64,000 nt of DNA from the human T2T-CHM13v2.0 reference genome, Homo sapiens. Shown here in pieces: positions 28,830 to 43,243 of the stretch (positions are counted from its first letter, which is position 1; the number at the start of each line of letters is the position of its first letter). The stretch lies in NCBI RefSeq assembly GCF_009914755.1, contig NC_060942.1; one strand, 5' to 3'. A program made the position numbers and the translations under genes. The notes under the pieces are model-generated. The model was not told the DNA's origin and did not search any database. It saw only the letters and a program-made list of their open reading frames with translations.

Positions 28830-31800
28830 AGCAAATATAAGCAAAGGGAAATATTCTACTGTATACAAGCAAAGGGAAAAGTATAAAGATGCTGATCTAA
28901 GAGGTATGTTTTGGGAGGTGGGGGAATTACACCTAATAAGCCCTTATTTCAAACATGGAGAAATAAATGTATAAACTCTATCATTAATAATGCATTTTTC
29001 TCTGATACAATTAAATGAATATTGAACAAATACAATATATTTATTTGAAAGGATACCATATTATTAGCTTGACCTCATTTACTTATTATTTCTTGGCAAA
29101 AGGAGGATAATGTATCATAAAGGATTATTGTGAAGAATAAATTAGACATTACATGTGGTATACATAGGTAACACAGGTAAAGAACCCTGGCATGTACTAA
29201 AGCCTTGATCACTGTTGACTATTATTATTAATTGTTGAACACTCTGGACACTATAGTTATGCCAAAGGCTGAATTTCCCCAAATGCAAAATACTATTTTC
29301 GTATCTTAAACATCCTGATCTCCTGGTCCTCTCTTGGCCTCAAAAATTCCTCTGTCTACCTGAAAAAGCTCTATTCATCTATCAGTTATCTACCCAAATT
29401 TCACATTCTTACTTTCTTCCTAATTTCTTGTTCATAGTGTCATAATATCTCACATACCAGGCCCTGTTTCAGCACACAAACTGATGCTATAACATACATA
29501 ATTTTATTTACATGACTTTATCTCTCACAGAGTAAGTTCTGGAAAGAAGTAAGCATGCTCTTCTTTGGAGACCTTTTCTATTTTTAATTTGTTTCAGAGT
29601 ACTGTGGCATTTGTTACATGGCCTGGTATGGCAAAACATCAAGTTCATTATAATATTCTAAACACATATTAAAATGTTACTTAATATCCATTGAAATTTT
29701 AATGTTTTCCAAAGTTTATTACATTGTAAGATCTCTGATGCTGTATAGAAACACTCTAGATGTTATCTACTTGCACATTTAATATGTATGCACCAATTAT
29801 ATCTTTTACTAATTTATTCATGTTCTCTGGTTGCATTATATATATTATACACGCATAATGCATTATAATGGTAATATGTATAATTATATATTATATAGAA
29901 ATATAAACATATATATATGAATACTTTATTTTGTCATTCATTAAGTTAACTTATACTTTGTGTCCTGCTTTCAACCAGCATTTCTGCGTTCTTGATTTAT
30001 CACAAATGATATCTCTGAATTAATGAAGTGTAATGTAAGTTCTTTTAAATCATTTTCAATGGTGCTAGGACCTTAGAATACTTTGCTTTCAATTACTCTC
30101 TCCCTTCTTTGTGTAATTATTTTAAACATGCCTTTGTTAAGATCCCAGTAATATTTTTATTATTTTGTGATCAAATATTCAGTTTTAAATAAATGGAAGT
30201 AAGATTGCATTATTAGAAATTTAATACGCATGAAACAATATGTTAAAAATATAACATTTAAAATATTACAAACCTTTTGAAAGTCATTTTATGTACAGAA
30301 TTACACTTGATGTTAATTATACTCAAAGATATTATTGCCACTTTGTAATCCTGTAAGCAAAATAAGTTCACTTTCTCATTTTTAGGGAACACATATGCAT
30401 CTAAACACAGAACTACCCATCCCAGCAAATTCACTTATGATTTTTAACAGAAACAACAAAAAAAGATCTAAAACTTAGATTTAAATTGGAATAAAATATG
30501 ATTGCACTTCATTTCTTTTAGGGATTTTTATTATATTCTGCTGATTATTATTATACTCATCACTTTATTTCCCTTAAATGCGTAATTGTTTCTGTCAGAC
30601 TGCAGAACATAGCTGTTTATGTCAATACAGTTCAAAAATGTGAAATACTCACAGACACATACATAATAATTTATTTTATTTTCTGCAATACTGGAATGCA
30701 CAACAGATGATATTTCCAGAGTTTTCTTTTAACATTCTTAAAATAAAAATATAGTGTTTTGATTATCAAGTAATTATGTGTCATTTAACTCATTCTGTAA
30801 ATCCTTGGCATATTTAGCTACGTAGGTAAAAAGGAGCAGGACACATGCCACTTCCCCGCGTACTCTTTTGACCTCTATTTTTACCTTGATTTTGCTTTCT
30901 CTGCTCATAGATGTAAAAAAGTTATGCTAATGAAAAAGTATTTTCACTTTATTATACATTATAACTCACAGTTTATATAACAGCTGAAGGCAGTAATCAA
31001 AACAGATTTTCTATTCTGACACATTGTTTTATCAAAATTGTTTATTCTTTAGGTTGTCTCTTAAAGGATTTTAAGCTATCTCATTTCTCCAATAATTCTT
31101 ACTTCCTGTTAGCTTGTTACACTAAATAGATGTTATATATAGATACAGATATATAAACGTAGATAAAATTAGAAGTTCTTCTTTAAGATATTAACCTGAG
31201 TACTAGGTTTCAAGTGAAAAATATCTTTAATATTCATTAGATGCCCCTTTACCATCTGAAGCTAGTATAACAAAACAATAGAATTCATAAATTCGTATTT
31301 TTCCTTTCACTGTACATTAAGATCACAATTGATACCTACTTGGAATGCTATTAGTTTCTGACATGTGTATATTTTAATCCACATTGCTAGAGCTGTGTAG
31401 ACCAACGCTACACATATTGCAAGTGTGCACATGTAATATATAGGGCATGTTTGTATATTTGCAACCACACATATACACAAACTATCACAACAAATTAGGC
31501 TATTCACTAAAAAAGTTTTATTAATATACTGCTACCAATTAAGCACTGTGCAAAACACAAGGAATATAATAGTGACCAAAAAAACTGTCTAGACTTAAAA
31601 TAATATTTCTCTAAACCATCTCTGAAACTGGGAAAATGAAGTTTTATTATTAACACAGAACTTGCAGGGGAAATAGAGGGGAAATGTGCTCAATGAGAGA
31701 GAAGTCTTTAGAGTTCATTCAGGTAGATGACAGCGGGAGCAAGATGAAATGACAAATATTTACAAAGAAACAAACTCTTTCAAGGCTGGAAAAGATTATT

Positions 31801-33308
31801 CCGTGATTAAAGCTCAGTTATTTCTAATTTCTAATTCTTACTAGACTATGTGTTATATGAAAACAGAGTCACAGAAAACCCTTTCTAAAGAAGATTCTTT
31901 GCAGAGATTTAAGAGAATCCTGCAACATCAGAAACAGTTTTTCTTAAAGCTGTCACCGTGGAACTGAGCAATAGAAAATGATGACAAATGCTCTGGAAAT
32001 GTGTTGTTCCTGCAGAGATGTGATCCAAGTAAGCGTCAGTTTCTTTCAGCAGCAGCAATTACTCTGCTCCAGGAGACATAAGGTGAGATTTAAACATTTA
32101 TTTATATTAAGAGATTTCAAAACTGTCCTTTAAAATGTATATATTCAAATTGCCTGTTTGTGGTTCTTTCAGATTCTCTGGTCTACTACTCAGAAATGTG
32201 TGAAATAATATAATTCCATTTTCATTTGCCTTACTATCCTGCTTTGGCCTACACCCAGAAAATAGCTATACAAACTATCTAAAGAGACATCAGCTATCAC
32301 TTGGAAAAAATAAAATATTTTGAGACATACGAAGGTCAAAAATAATTGAAATAAGGCAAATCTTCACAAGGTAGTAAGTAGATATTATCAAAAGAAGACT
32401 AAACTAGAAATGTGAACAGAAAAATCTATGAAGATAGCTGCTACCCTAGGGGAACACATTAAGTGTGCTACTAAATAACTACAGTAGTGAGAAAGTCTGA
32501 TACTTATGCTTAAGATATGACAAAAAGCTTAATATGCAATATATAATAAAAAGATAAGTAAATACTCCTCTAAGCCTGAGTCCACAATGTTTATTATTAT
32601 TATTATTATAGTAAATCAATAAAACTACTGTCCAGTAAGCAAGTGGTTATTAATTTGTTCCTTCATTATTCAACCCCAAATTAGTCAAACACATTAGTTA
32701 TTTACAGCTAACCCTAAGCTGAGCACAAATAAAAAACATAGTCTACAATGTTAAAAATACAATGCTTGAGGGCACCAGAGTGCTAACAACATCAAAAGAT
32801 TATTAGACAAGTTTCAGAAGGGATAAGAACTCTAGAGAGATGAGCCCCACTTTGGGTGCCACTTTTATCCTGAGGGTATTATCCAATGTGGGGAAGTTCT
32901 GGAGTGCTTTTTAGCATTCTTTCAAGGCTAAGTTAAAAGGTATAGGCTGGGTCCTATTGTGCCATGTCCACACTCCCTTAAAGGTAGGTAGGAATCAGAA
33001 GTAGACATCACCTTCCCTGTCAGTCTCAAATGGCCTGGGGTGCCCCCTGTTCCAGCTCTTTTAGCCCATAGTCTTTAAGTTACCTCTTGAAATAAATGGA
33101 TGATGCCCACAGAGACCTCCAGGTATCTGAACCAGGAAATATCCTCTCACTAGGGACAGTCAACCTAGCAGTACATCTATGAGTTGAGTTTCCCTTTTGG
33201 AAATGTTATAGGTGGATGCCTCCTCTCCATCAACACTCTTTTATTTCCTGGTATTGAGCCTCTGTACTACTTGTGAATAGCCTAGAATGGCCCACACCTG
33301 CCTTGTTT

Positions 33309-34680
33309 ATGGATGCTGTGATCTTTGTGTATGTGGGTGAATGTTCTCCAGAAAGAATGGGTTTTTCTTCATCCTAACCAAGAACTCCCTATGGGGACAT
33401 GATGCTCAAAAATTTCAGAAATGTGACATCAATAGGTTATGGGCTTCAACTTAAAACCAGTAAGTTGCTCAGTATCATATTTATGGAGGAAAAGTTAATA
33501 AACAGAAAATAGACAAAGATCACCAGGAATCACTTGTGGTCCTTCATTGAAGAAAAGCTTGTGAATGCTGGCATTGAAGTTCATCACAAGAACAAGAAGG
33601 GTCATTTGAGAACTCATGTGATACATGGCCTCCAGGATGTAGAGAAGATAATCAATGTAGGACAATCTTCTGCTGGATTCCAAATCTTAGTGTGCTGAAA
33701 AGAAGTGCTCCTGGGATGAAACCCTATGGATTTAATACACATGAAAAATATAGGAAAGCCTTTAGCTGTCCCTTATACCGTGGGAAACAGAAAAACTCAC
33801 ACTGAAGAAAGACTCTGTGGATGCTTCATCCTTTTAGAATCATATCAAAGCTTTCCTGAGCACTACCCCGGTTAATCTAAGGAATGAGGACAAGCCTGAA
33901 ATTGTCTGTTGAATTTGAGGACTCTCGTGAGGTCTCTCAATGAAGAAGAACACTATAAATGGGAGGATTGCAAGGTTGCTGTCTGTCATATATCAGGGGT
34001 CACACTGGAAAGATTTAATACATATGGACAGAATGTGAAGAAACACTTGTTTCTCACTGGTCATTAAATATTTGAGAACTCATGGTGGAGAGAAACCTTA
34101 TGAAGGTATAAAATGTGGGAAGGCTTGTAGTTATTCCTACCAACTTAGGGCACCTACCACGCACTAGACAGAAGCTGTATAAATGTGGAAACTGGGGGAA
34201 AGCTCTCAGTGAATTTTCCTACCTTGCTTCAGATGGGAGAACCCACAAGGAGTGAGACACCATAGAAATGTAAGAAACGTGAGAAAATCTTTCCTTCAAC
34301 GTATAATTTTAAAGATACGTGAGAACTCACACTAGAGAGAACACATAAAGATGTGTCGTGTGGAAAAGGGGTGTTAATTACTTACACCTAACCATGCACT
34401 GAGAAAACACACTGGAGATGCAACTTAGAAATATAAGAAATGCAGGAAAGTCTACATATCTTTTTTTTTTTTCCATTTTAGGCAACATGTGGCATCTCAC
34501 ACTATGGAGAGACTATAAATGTGAAGAATATAGGAAAGCCTTCAGCTGTCCCTTATACCGTGGGAAACATAGAAAAACTCACGCTGAAGACTCGTGACTC
34601 TAAAAAATGTGGGAAAGCTTCCTGTACATCATCTCTCTTTTTTGCACAAAAGAAAATATATACTGAGAGAGAGATCTTTT
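33309..34680 (+). pseudogene. processed (intronless) KRAB C2H2 zinc-finger pseudogene, ZNF555/ZNF556/ZNF57/ZNF77-like
   Basis: KRAB-A from ATG 33309 (MDAVIFVYV..VNVLQKEWVFLHPNQ..YGDMMLKNFRNVTSIG) runs directly into the linker (LQLKTS..HIYG..KQKI..ITRNHLWSFIEEK..IEVHHKNKKGHLRTH..NQCRTIFCWIPNLSVLKRSAPGMKPY) and many decayed HTGEKPY/CGKAF fingers (e.g. catggtggagagaaaccttatgaaggtataaaatgtgggaaggct); multiple stops and frameshifts. Confidence 0.88.
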
Positions 34681-37082
34681 TTGAAAATCTTACACTGTGA
34701 AATTTTCTTTATTCATATCTTATCCTTAAAAATGTATCTCTGAGTAATTTCAACTTTTTATTTTCTGGTATAAACGGTATGGTCACAAATATGACTTTCA
34801 GTACCCTTTCTGATAGAGCACATTGGTTTAGATATATAATGCCATGATTATGGTTTGGTTATGTAGAGATTATCTTATTTCTATTACAAATTCTTTTGGG
34901 TAAAAAGGCAGACAGATCCTCACAAAGAAAGTAATCTAACTTCAGATCATCTGGGGAATCTCAGAAAATCTGAAGACTCTTACAAGGAAAGTGATATCTT
35001 TCAGGGACCCACACATTGGTGGGGTCCCATCAGCACAGATAGCAACAAAGTTTCTTGGAAACAGAACTGCTTGTCCTCAGATACAAGGAGAAAACTTTAA
35101 ATATGCCATAGATGTTGTTTTATCCAACTCTTTGTAGAAGAAAAACCTTAATTTTATCCTCATTTAAATATCTTACAAATGCTACAAAGTGACATTTATT
35201 GGTGAAATTAATTTTCTCACCAAATTGAATAGAGAAGCTGGTGTTTTCCAGTATTTTATACAAAACCTCTTCACATCATGTGACTTATTGTCAATGTGAC
35301 AACTTTTCTTTACGGTTTGAGAAGGGAACCTTTACAAGTTTTCACGCTATATTTTATCCCAGCACTTTCCTCACTTCAGTTATACACGGTAATGTAGGAA
35401 CTATGAGGCTCTTCCTGTTCAGGGTTGGCATCCTACTACTGAATAACTTCCTGAATTTTCTCAACTGAATATAACTTTTTTTTTTTTAACAAAAAACAAT
35501 ATTAATCTGTTTTGAGACTCCAAAATCTATTCAGCAACTTACAGAATAACTGATTTTCGGATGTGTCTTTTCAATTTTACTGAAGTAGTTGCATCATTTG
35601 TAAATGGTTAGTCACAGAGGCTGTGCAGTGGACTAGGAAATCTTGGGTTAGCCCTTATGTAACACTCATTGATAAGAAGCTTTCATGTTAAAGGCGGGCT
35701 TTTAAAAACTGTCCTTGAATGCACCTGTGCAGTAAAATGACTCAGAAGTCTGTAATTCTTCATCACTAACTTTGTCAGATTTGACTGTAAACCTCGGCTT
35801 TGTGTTTTCCTCTTCCAGTTCATACATCAACTTCAGGAATTTCAACACTGGGTCATTAGGCATGTTGGCAAAACACAAACACCGATGAAATTCAAGAGAG
35901 AAAGATGCAATAAGTAACAAGGAGAATTGGCAAAATACATGCAAACATTATTGCAAAATTTGCTTCTAACTTACACAATTCAAGTTTTGCAAAATAACAT
36001 CAGCAATAAAAGGCCACGGTGCAAGCTGCATCCTGGTGCCTAAAGAGCTTTTTGGGGAAAGATGAGAACATATCTCTGATGTTCCATGGTAAGGGTAGAG
36101 TTTGCTTGCTCTCATTGGTTCGTCAGTCCTACTTAAAGGGAAGCTGGGGAAAGTGAATGCAGGAAGAAGCATCTGACTTTATCAGCCTAACATTATACAT
36201 TCTGTCAATGATCTCCACTTTCTTATGTGAAAAGCTAATGAACTCAACTGAATGATCACAGTTCCACTGCACACCACCTTGCAGGGCTGGAAGACTGCTA
36301 AGGAAATTGCCTAGTCACTATACATCTCTGTGAGCAGTAGCATCATATTGCACACAAAGTTCAAAACACTTTTCCACATCATAATTTCTCAAGGAAACTA
36401 TAGAGACAACTTTAGAAACCCTCAGCTTATGCAGAAGTCTTCTTGAGAAACATTTTGGTGTCTACCTCAATCTGTCTTCTGTGTTCAACTTAATGGTCTG
36501 TCAATACATTGCTATATTCAAAAATGTTTCTACATCAAAGAGACTTAGGGCTTATTACACTAAAACATTAAATAAACAATAACCATGGTCTTGTTGTTGC
36601 ATAGCCCACCTCTGGTTGGGGATGAGGTCTTCTGTAGACCCTCACTGGAAAATTCTCATTAAGAAAACCTTGAGGAAGAATATTCTTTTTAGATCTGAAT
36701 GTTCATAATAGACCCTTTCATATTTCCTTTAAAATTTAGCCAAAATTTTTTGAGCTCCCATCTAGTGCGATATGGGAAAGTGGAGATCATCTTCATCTGC
36801 AACATCACAGAGGATTCCCAAGAAGTTTATGTTTCTCTCGGTTCTCATTGGCTCTTTTTTCTTGCTTCAAGTCAGCCACTCCTTCCCTCTTATATTTGTC
36901 TCCTCTGGATCCCATCTGTTCCTGACACCAATGGATCCATGCAAATCTCCACCTTCATGCACTGCCCAATACCAATGCTAACACAAGGCCACAGTAGGAG
37001 CAAACACTTCTTATGATCAAATTAGGAGGGATTGTTTTTACGGTACACATCAGTAGAGGAGAGAAAGTTAAAATTACATGCT

Positions 37083-37609
37083 ACATTGCTGGTGGGAATG
37101 CAAAATAGTACAGCCACTGTGGAGGACAGTTTGGCAGTTACTGACAAAATTACGCATACTCTTACCATAGGATGTAGCAATCATGCTCTTTGGTATTTAC
37201 CCAGATGAACTGAAAACATGTTCATGTAAAAACCCACATGTGGATGTTTACAGCAGCTTTCTTCATAATTGCCAAAACTTGGAAGTAATGATGTCCTTCA
37301 GTAGGTAAATGTGTGAATAAAATGTGGTATATCTAAACAATAAAATATTACTTAGTGCTAAAGAGAAATGGCCTTTCAAGCTATGAAGACTTGTGGATAG
37401 ATTAAATGCATATTACTCAGTGAAAGAAGTCAATGTAAAAAGGCTACTTACTGTGTGATTCAAATGACATGGTATTCTGGGAAAGGCAAAACTGTGCAGA
37501 AGTAAAAAGATCAGTGGTTGCTGGGGGACAGGAAGAGGGAGGGATGAATACATGGAGCACAGTGGATTTTTACGGCAATGAAACTACTTTGTATGATACT
37601 ACAATGATT

Positions 37610-37653
<44 letters not shown>

Positions 37654-37890
37654 CATTTGGCAGAAACCTGAGAATGCACAATACCAAGAGTGAGCTCTAA
37701 TACAAACTTTGGGTGAAAATGAGGTCTTGATGTAGATTCATTCCTTATAACAAATGCTTCACTCTGGGGCATTAATGTTCATGGTGGGGGAAGCTGTGTG
37801 TGTGTGCAGGCAGGGAGTGATGGGAAATCTCTGTACTTACTGCTTTTGGTGTGAACCTCAAACTGCTCTAAAAAAATAGTCTGTTAAAAA
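37083..37890 (+). mobile_element. L1MC1/L1MC2-like 3' end with (TA)n at ~37613-37647
   Basis: attgctggtgggaatgcaaaatagtacagccac...gggatgaatacatggagcacagtggattttt...gaaatctctgtactt...actgctctaaaaaaatagtct. Confidence 0.85.
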
Positions 37891-38234
37891 ATTGCTAGAT
37901 TTCAGATTTGCTAAAGTTGCTTGGTCATTCCTGGTATATGAAATTCAATTGCCTAGGTCATCTTCAGGACACCCACCTGCCATAGTCTTGACAAGATCCC
38001 TCTTTTATATCAAATCCTCTTTTTTTCATTTTTTTCAGCTCCTCCTTCTAGAATACCTTAAAATCCAAACATGTACGTACAGTCTTATGTTGCATAACAG
38101 AAAATTATGCCATTAAAGGAAAATAAAAAGAAACAAATAAATAGGCATCTAACCAGGGCTACAAAGACTTCATTGTCTCAAATAAAGACTTAGTAAGGCA
38201 TTTTCTGTAGGGAAATTATCCAACAATAAAATGA

Positions 38235-38825
38235 ATGTATCTTTGACATACTGATTTCATTTCCTTTGGCTATATACTCAGTAGTCAAATTGCTGGATCA
38301 TATAGTAGTTGTGTATTTAATTATTTTAGAAACTTCAATACATTTCTTCCTAATGGCTGTACTAGTTACATTCCCACCAACGGTGTATCTGGGCTCCCTT
38401 TTCTCCACATCCCTAATGACACTTGTGATCTTTTTGATAAAAGAAATTGTACCAGGTGTGAGGTGACATTTCATTGTGGTTTTAATTCCAGATCAGAAGA
38501 CAATTCTGTTATTAGCAACAACATGGATGAACCTGGAGGACATTATGCTAAATGAAATAAGCCAGCACAGAAAGAGAAATGCTGCATGATCTTAACTTAT
38601 GTGTAATCGAAAAAAGTCAAACTCAGAAAAACAGAGAGTAGAATGCTGGTTACCAGGGACTTGGGGAAAGGGGGAGTGGGGAAATACAGGTCAAAGGGTG
38701 TAAAGGTTCAGTTAGACAGACAGATTAAGTTCTGGAGATCTGTTGTACAGCATCATGATTTTAAATAATAATGATGTGTTGCATATTTGAAAATTGCCAA
38801 GAGAGTGGATTTTAAATCTTCTCAT

Positions 38826-38870
<45 letters not shown>

Positions 38871-39000
38871 TATGTGAGGTGACAGTCATGTTACTTAGTT
38901 TCATTTACTCATTTGCTGTTATATACATACCATAACAGCACATTGTACCCCATAAATAGGTACACCTATTGTTTTATGTGTCAAACAAGAAATAAGAAAT
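38235..39000 (+). mobile_element. L1MA 3' end with inverted 5' segment; (CA)n at ~38828-38867
   Basis: 38235-38487 is antisense L1 (ttgctggatcatatagtag, cattcccaccaac, tcattgtggttttaatt); ~38495-39000 is sense 3'UTR (acatggatgaacctggaggacattatgctaaatgaaataagccag...ttgtaccccataaat). Confidence 0.82.
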
Positions 39001-40409
39001 ATATTTTTCTTTTAGAAGTAACCTTTCTCTTTTTCCTCAGAATAGCATTTTCCCTTCCAGTTACTTCAGTCTCTACGAGATCTTCAATAAACTTCATCAA
39101 TAACTTGTTTATATCTTTTTATACCTACTGTATATAAGAAGTACTAAGAGCAAGAACTCAAACCCTTATTTTGTTAGTCTTTAAATTCTGCACACTCTGT
39201 ACCACAGAAAGATGCCGTTCCTCCATCTCCAATTTCCATGGGATCTGCGCATGTACTTTCCCCTGGATCTTAAGGTGATTTATCTTTTCTGTTTTTGACA
39301 TACAGGTGCACTTGAATTTTAGACTCTCATTAGGTGAAATTTCAAAGAATTTAAAAGAATTAACTAAAAATGTGCTAAAATTATTTTACAGGTATTTCCA
39401 TGTTTGCATAATACTCATCAATACCATGATATTGAGTTTTTGTGACAAGCATAATAGAAATATTTTTTACTTATGGGATGTAAGCATAGGCATGTCTCCA
39501 GCTGTCCCAGTTTGTATGACTATTTCTGAAATATCTCTTTCCATATGCTGAAAAATAACGTCAAGGAGAAGAAATGCTGCTAGAACAACAGTCTCTTCAC
39601 CTTCTAAGTGAAGTAGAACTGGTTTAGTCAAAAGCAGTTGTGCAAAATAGTCACTTAAAATATCCATTAGGAATGCTCCATGCTTATTTTAACACAAAGC
39701 ATTTTGGTTAATATAAGGCTGCTTCATCTCTCTCACTACATATGCTTCTTCAACCTTTTAGTAAAGTGCCACTGTGGCTTAGGCTCTGTAATGCCACAGA
39801 ACTGTCCTTGTTGCCCCACCTGATGAGCTATCATTAGAATTGTTTGGTGTGGAAAATTCCCACCCACACCCTGGACCACATGCCTCGCTACTCACAGAGA
39901 TAAGTGATCCCTACAAAGCAAATTACCGGTTGGTTCCTTCATTTTCCCCCAAGTACCTGTCAGTTGAAAATGCACACATACATATGCACATTCAAATATA
40001 TTTTTAAGATAATGGTATTTTTCACTTTAGAAGAACCAAAGCTAAATTGTAGTCTTAATTGTGAGACATTCATACCTACATTATCATCCCTCAACAATAT
40101 ATTTGGTCAAATCAATGGAAGGACAGAGAGATATGGAAAGACACATGTTTACATGATAATTGTCTTTGATACGTATTTAAGAAGCTTAACTTCTGCTAAA
40201 AGTCTTACATTAGGATTACTAGAAGGTGAACTGCTGAAAACAAAAGGGGAGCCTGCACCTTCTTAACAAAATTCTAACATGCATATTACTACTTTCAATA
40301 TACAAAGTGGATATTTATTTAAAAACTACACCATGCACATGGGCTACAATGTAATCATCCTGAGAAACTATCAACATATTCTGAGGATGGTTTTATACAA
40401 ACACACACA

Positions 40410-41100
40410 CACACACATACAAACTCACCACTCTCATCTACACCATCATCCAGTTCTGTCATCTGACCTCCAAAACATGTCATAACTCAGCCCCCTGCCC
40501 TCCCTCCTCACTGCCACCTTCCTAGTAGAAGCCCTCATCTGTACCAGGAAAGTGCAATAGTCATAAAAGGGTGATTTTTCTGTCCATTTTGACCCTTATA
40601 TTGCTCATAAAGCAGAGTGATCATTTTGAGGCTGTAAACCAGATCAAACAATTGCCTTTCTTAAAATACTCCAGTACCTTCTCCTTACACTGCGAGTTCA
40701 GTACTGACTCCCTCTTTTGGCTTCTCTGTGCAGCTCAAGTTTGTCTTTCTGTTGTGCTGTTCTCACCACTGTCCTACAGACTCCAGCCACGCAAGCTTTT
40801 CTGCTCCTGCCTCGCCCAGGTTGCTTCTTTCTAACACCTTATATACTAGCTCTTCCCTGTGCTTGATACATGTTTACTATTAATATTTGCCAAGTCACCT
40901 CCTTCTTGTCATTTTATTCCTCTTGACATCTTATTAATTAACATTTTATTAAGGTTTTTCTTGGTTATCATTTTTGTAGAATGTAAGTTTTCTGATACCA
41001 GGATTGTATCTGCCTTGTTCACCATTGGATCTTTATTGCCAGTAATACTCTGTCACAGAATAAAGCTTTTGATATGTTTAATTTATTTGGTGAAAATATG
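40410..41100 (+). mobile_element. L2 3' fragment
   Basis: ctccctcctcactgccacc, aagcagagtgatcatttt, gaatgtaagttttctgataccaggattgtatctgccttgttcacc. Confidence 0.65.
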
Positions 41101-41567
41101 AACAAAAGAATATGTAAATTGACTAAATCAAAAGCAAATAAATATATGAAAGAAGAGAGAAGAGCCTTAAGGCTACAATTTAATTTCTCTGTAACTATTT
41201 GTTTTGATACAATTACTATAAGTTATTCAGCATTACACTATATGTTCAAGCACTAATTTTGAAGAATATATTTTACTCTAAATTGATTAATGAAAAGGTA
41301 AAAAAAAAACATGTCCACTAACAAACACAAATACATTGCAAAGTTTCATACTTGACGAAGGTGCTCAATAAAATGCTATTATGGTTTTCTATGTTTTCAA
41401 CGTCGTGGGATTAATACATTTTTGTCAGTATATATGAATGTACTTGAGTAAACCTCTATGCAAACATAATACGTTTCCATTTTTCCTCACTTGAGATTAT
41501 GTTACTTTCTGCTCCACAGCAACTGGCAGATGACTTCTTGTTTGGATTATTATTACTTATTCTATGC

Positions 41568-41750
41568 TAGTGGTTCACAAACCTAGCTGCTCATTAGAAT
41601 TGTACACAGAGAGCTTTGTAAAAATATACATGCTATGACTCTTTCTCCAGAAATCCTCATTTAGGACTTTTGTGTGGGGCCAAGCAATGTGTACATTTTC
41701 ATAAGCAGCTGAGACATGCTTATGTATAGCAGGAACTGAGGCTCACACGT
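41568..41750. mobile_element. MER5-type hAT-Charlie MITE
   Basis: tagtggttcacaaacctagctgctcattagaat...ctccagaaatcct...gtgtggggccaagcaatgtgtacatttt. Confidence 0.7.
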
Positions 41751-42082
41751 GTATACTAAAACTCGATACCATGACACTTCATTCTGACACCTTCTTTTCT
41801 ATAGGAAAAAAATGCACCTAATTCATAAAAATCTTACAAGCAAGGCTGATTTGGCCATTGCCTTTACATTTCAGAAACAATGTCTCTTCCTTGTGATTAA
41901 ATCCAGAAACATCCTTCTGAAGAGATAATGAAAGTCGAGGATTTGCCTTTAACTTCCTTCAGTGAGTGAACCCACAATTATCAGAGACACATGGCAGAGT
42001 GCAGCTCCTAAATGAACTAAGACAGCTCAAAGCCATGAGTTAAGACCCAACATCTAGGCCACTATAAAAATTCTTAGAACTT

Positions 42083-42383
42083 GGCCGGGCGTGGTGGCTC
42101 ACGCCTGTAATCCCAGCACTTTGGGATGCTGACGCGGGTGGATCACAAGGTCAGGAGATCGAGCCCATCCTGGTTAACACGGTGAAACCCCGTCTCTACT
42201 AAAAAATACAAAAAAAAAAAATTATCTGGGTGTGGTGGCGGGCGCCTGTACTCCCAGCTACTCGGGAGGCTGAGGCAGGAGAATGGCGTGAACCCGGGAA
42301 GGCAGAGCTTGCAGTGAGCCCAGATCGCGCCACTGCACTCCAGCCTGGGTGACAGACTGAGACTCCTTCTCAAGAAAAAAAAA
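42083..42383 (+). mobile_element. AluY
   Basis: gagatcgag.ccatcctggttaacacggtgaaaccccg and gagaatggcgtgaacccggg; TSD aaaaattcttagaactt/aaaaatccttagaactt. Confidence 0.96.
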
Positions 42384-42814
42384 AAAAATCCTTAGAACTT
42401 GACAAAATAATGTGCGGATGAATGAGTTATTTTAATATTCAGCACCCAAATTATCTTTGTCTTTAGTTCCAGAAGGAATAGCTAAAACCTAAATTTTAAA
42501 CTTAGGCTTTGAAAGCCATATTTATTTTCTCTCTTAATTTAAGATAATTCTAACATAAAATTATATGAAAATTCAAAATTCTGCAGCCTTTCCTAAGAGA
42601 GCAAGAAAAACTTAGTGACAAGAGGAGAGAGGGTGAGATATGTTAAATCGTGATACCCTGAGGTGGGATGCCATCTCAGGATTTTGAGTGAGTAAAGGTA
42701 TCTAATTCTAGTTTGATAGTCTGACTACTCCGTTAAGAACAATTGGCACCTCACATTTAGGTGGTGGGGAAATAAGTGCTAAATCCTCTTTCTGCCCTGG
42801 GAATCAGCACGCCA

Positions 42815-43040
42815 CAGTGAGTAAAGACAGGGACTCTGGAACTCTGTGTCCTGTGCCTGGTTCCTAGCTTTGTGACATGATAACCAGATGGCCTTGGAGA
42901 AGACACTTACTCTATCTGTGCCTCATTTTTATAATCTGTAACACTAGCACTTAATTTATAAACTTGTTGTAAAGACTATATGAGTTAATAAATGGAAAGC
43001 TCTTTGAATAATATGCTACAATGCAACTTGTTGTTATTCA
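42815..43040 (+). mobile_element. MIR
   Basis: ggccttggagaagacacttactctatctgtgcctcattttttataatctgtaa. Confidence 0.7.
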
Positions 43041-43243
43041 AGTTATCCTCTCTAAAAGTTAGCCTCACAATCCATAGAAGAAGGTATTAACACATACTCC
43101 TCTGAGTTCTTGTAGTATTAGATGATATGTAATAGATGTTTATTAATTAGTAGCTTTTGTATGATCTGATCATGTGTCTGTGTGTGTGTGTCTGATTTTT
43201 GACAGAGCACAGAACACAAATATGTCTTCAACCTTTTGTTTAC

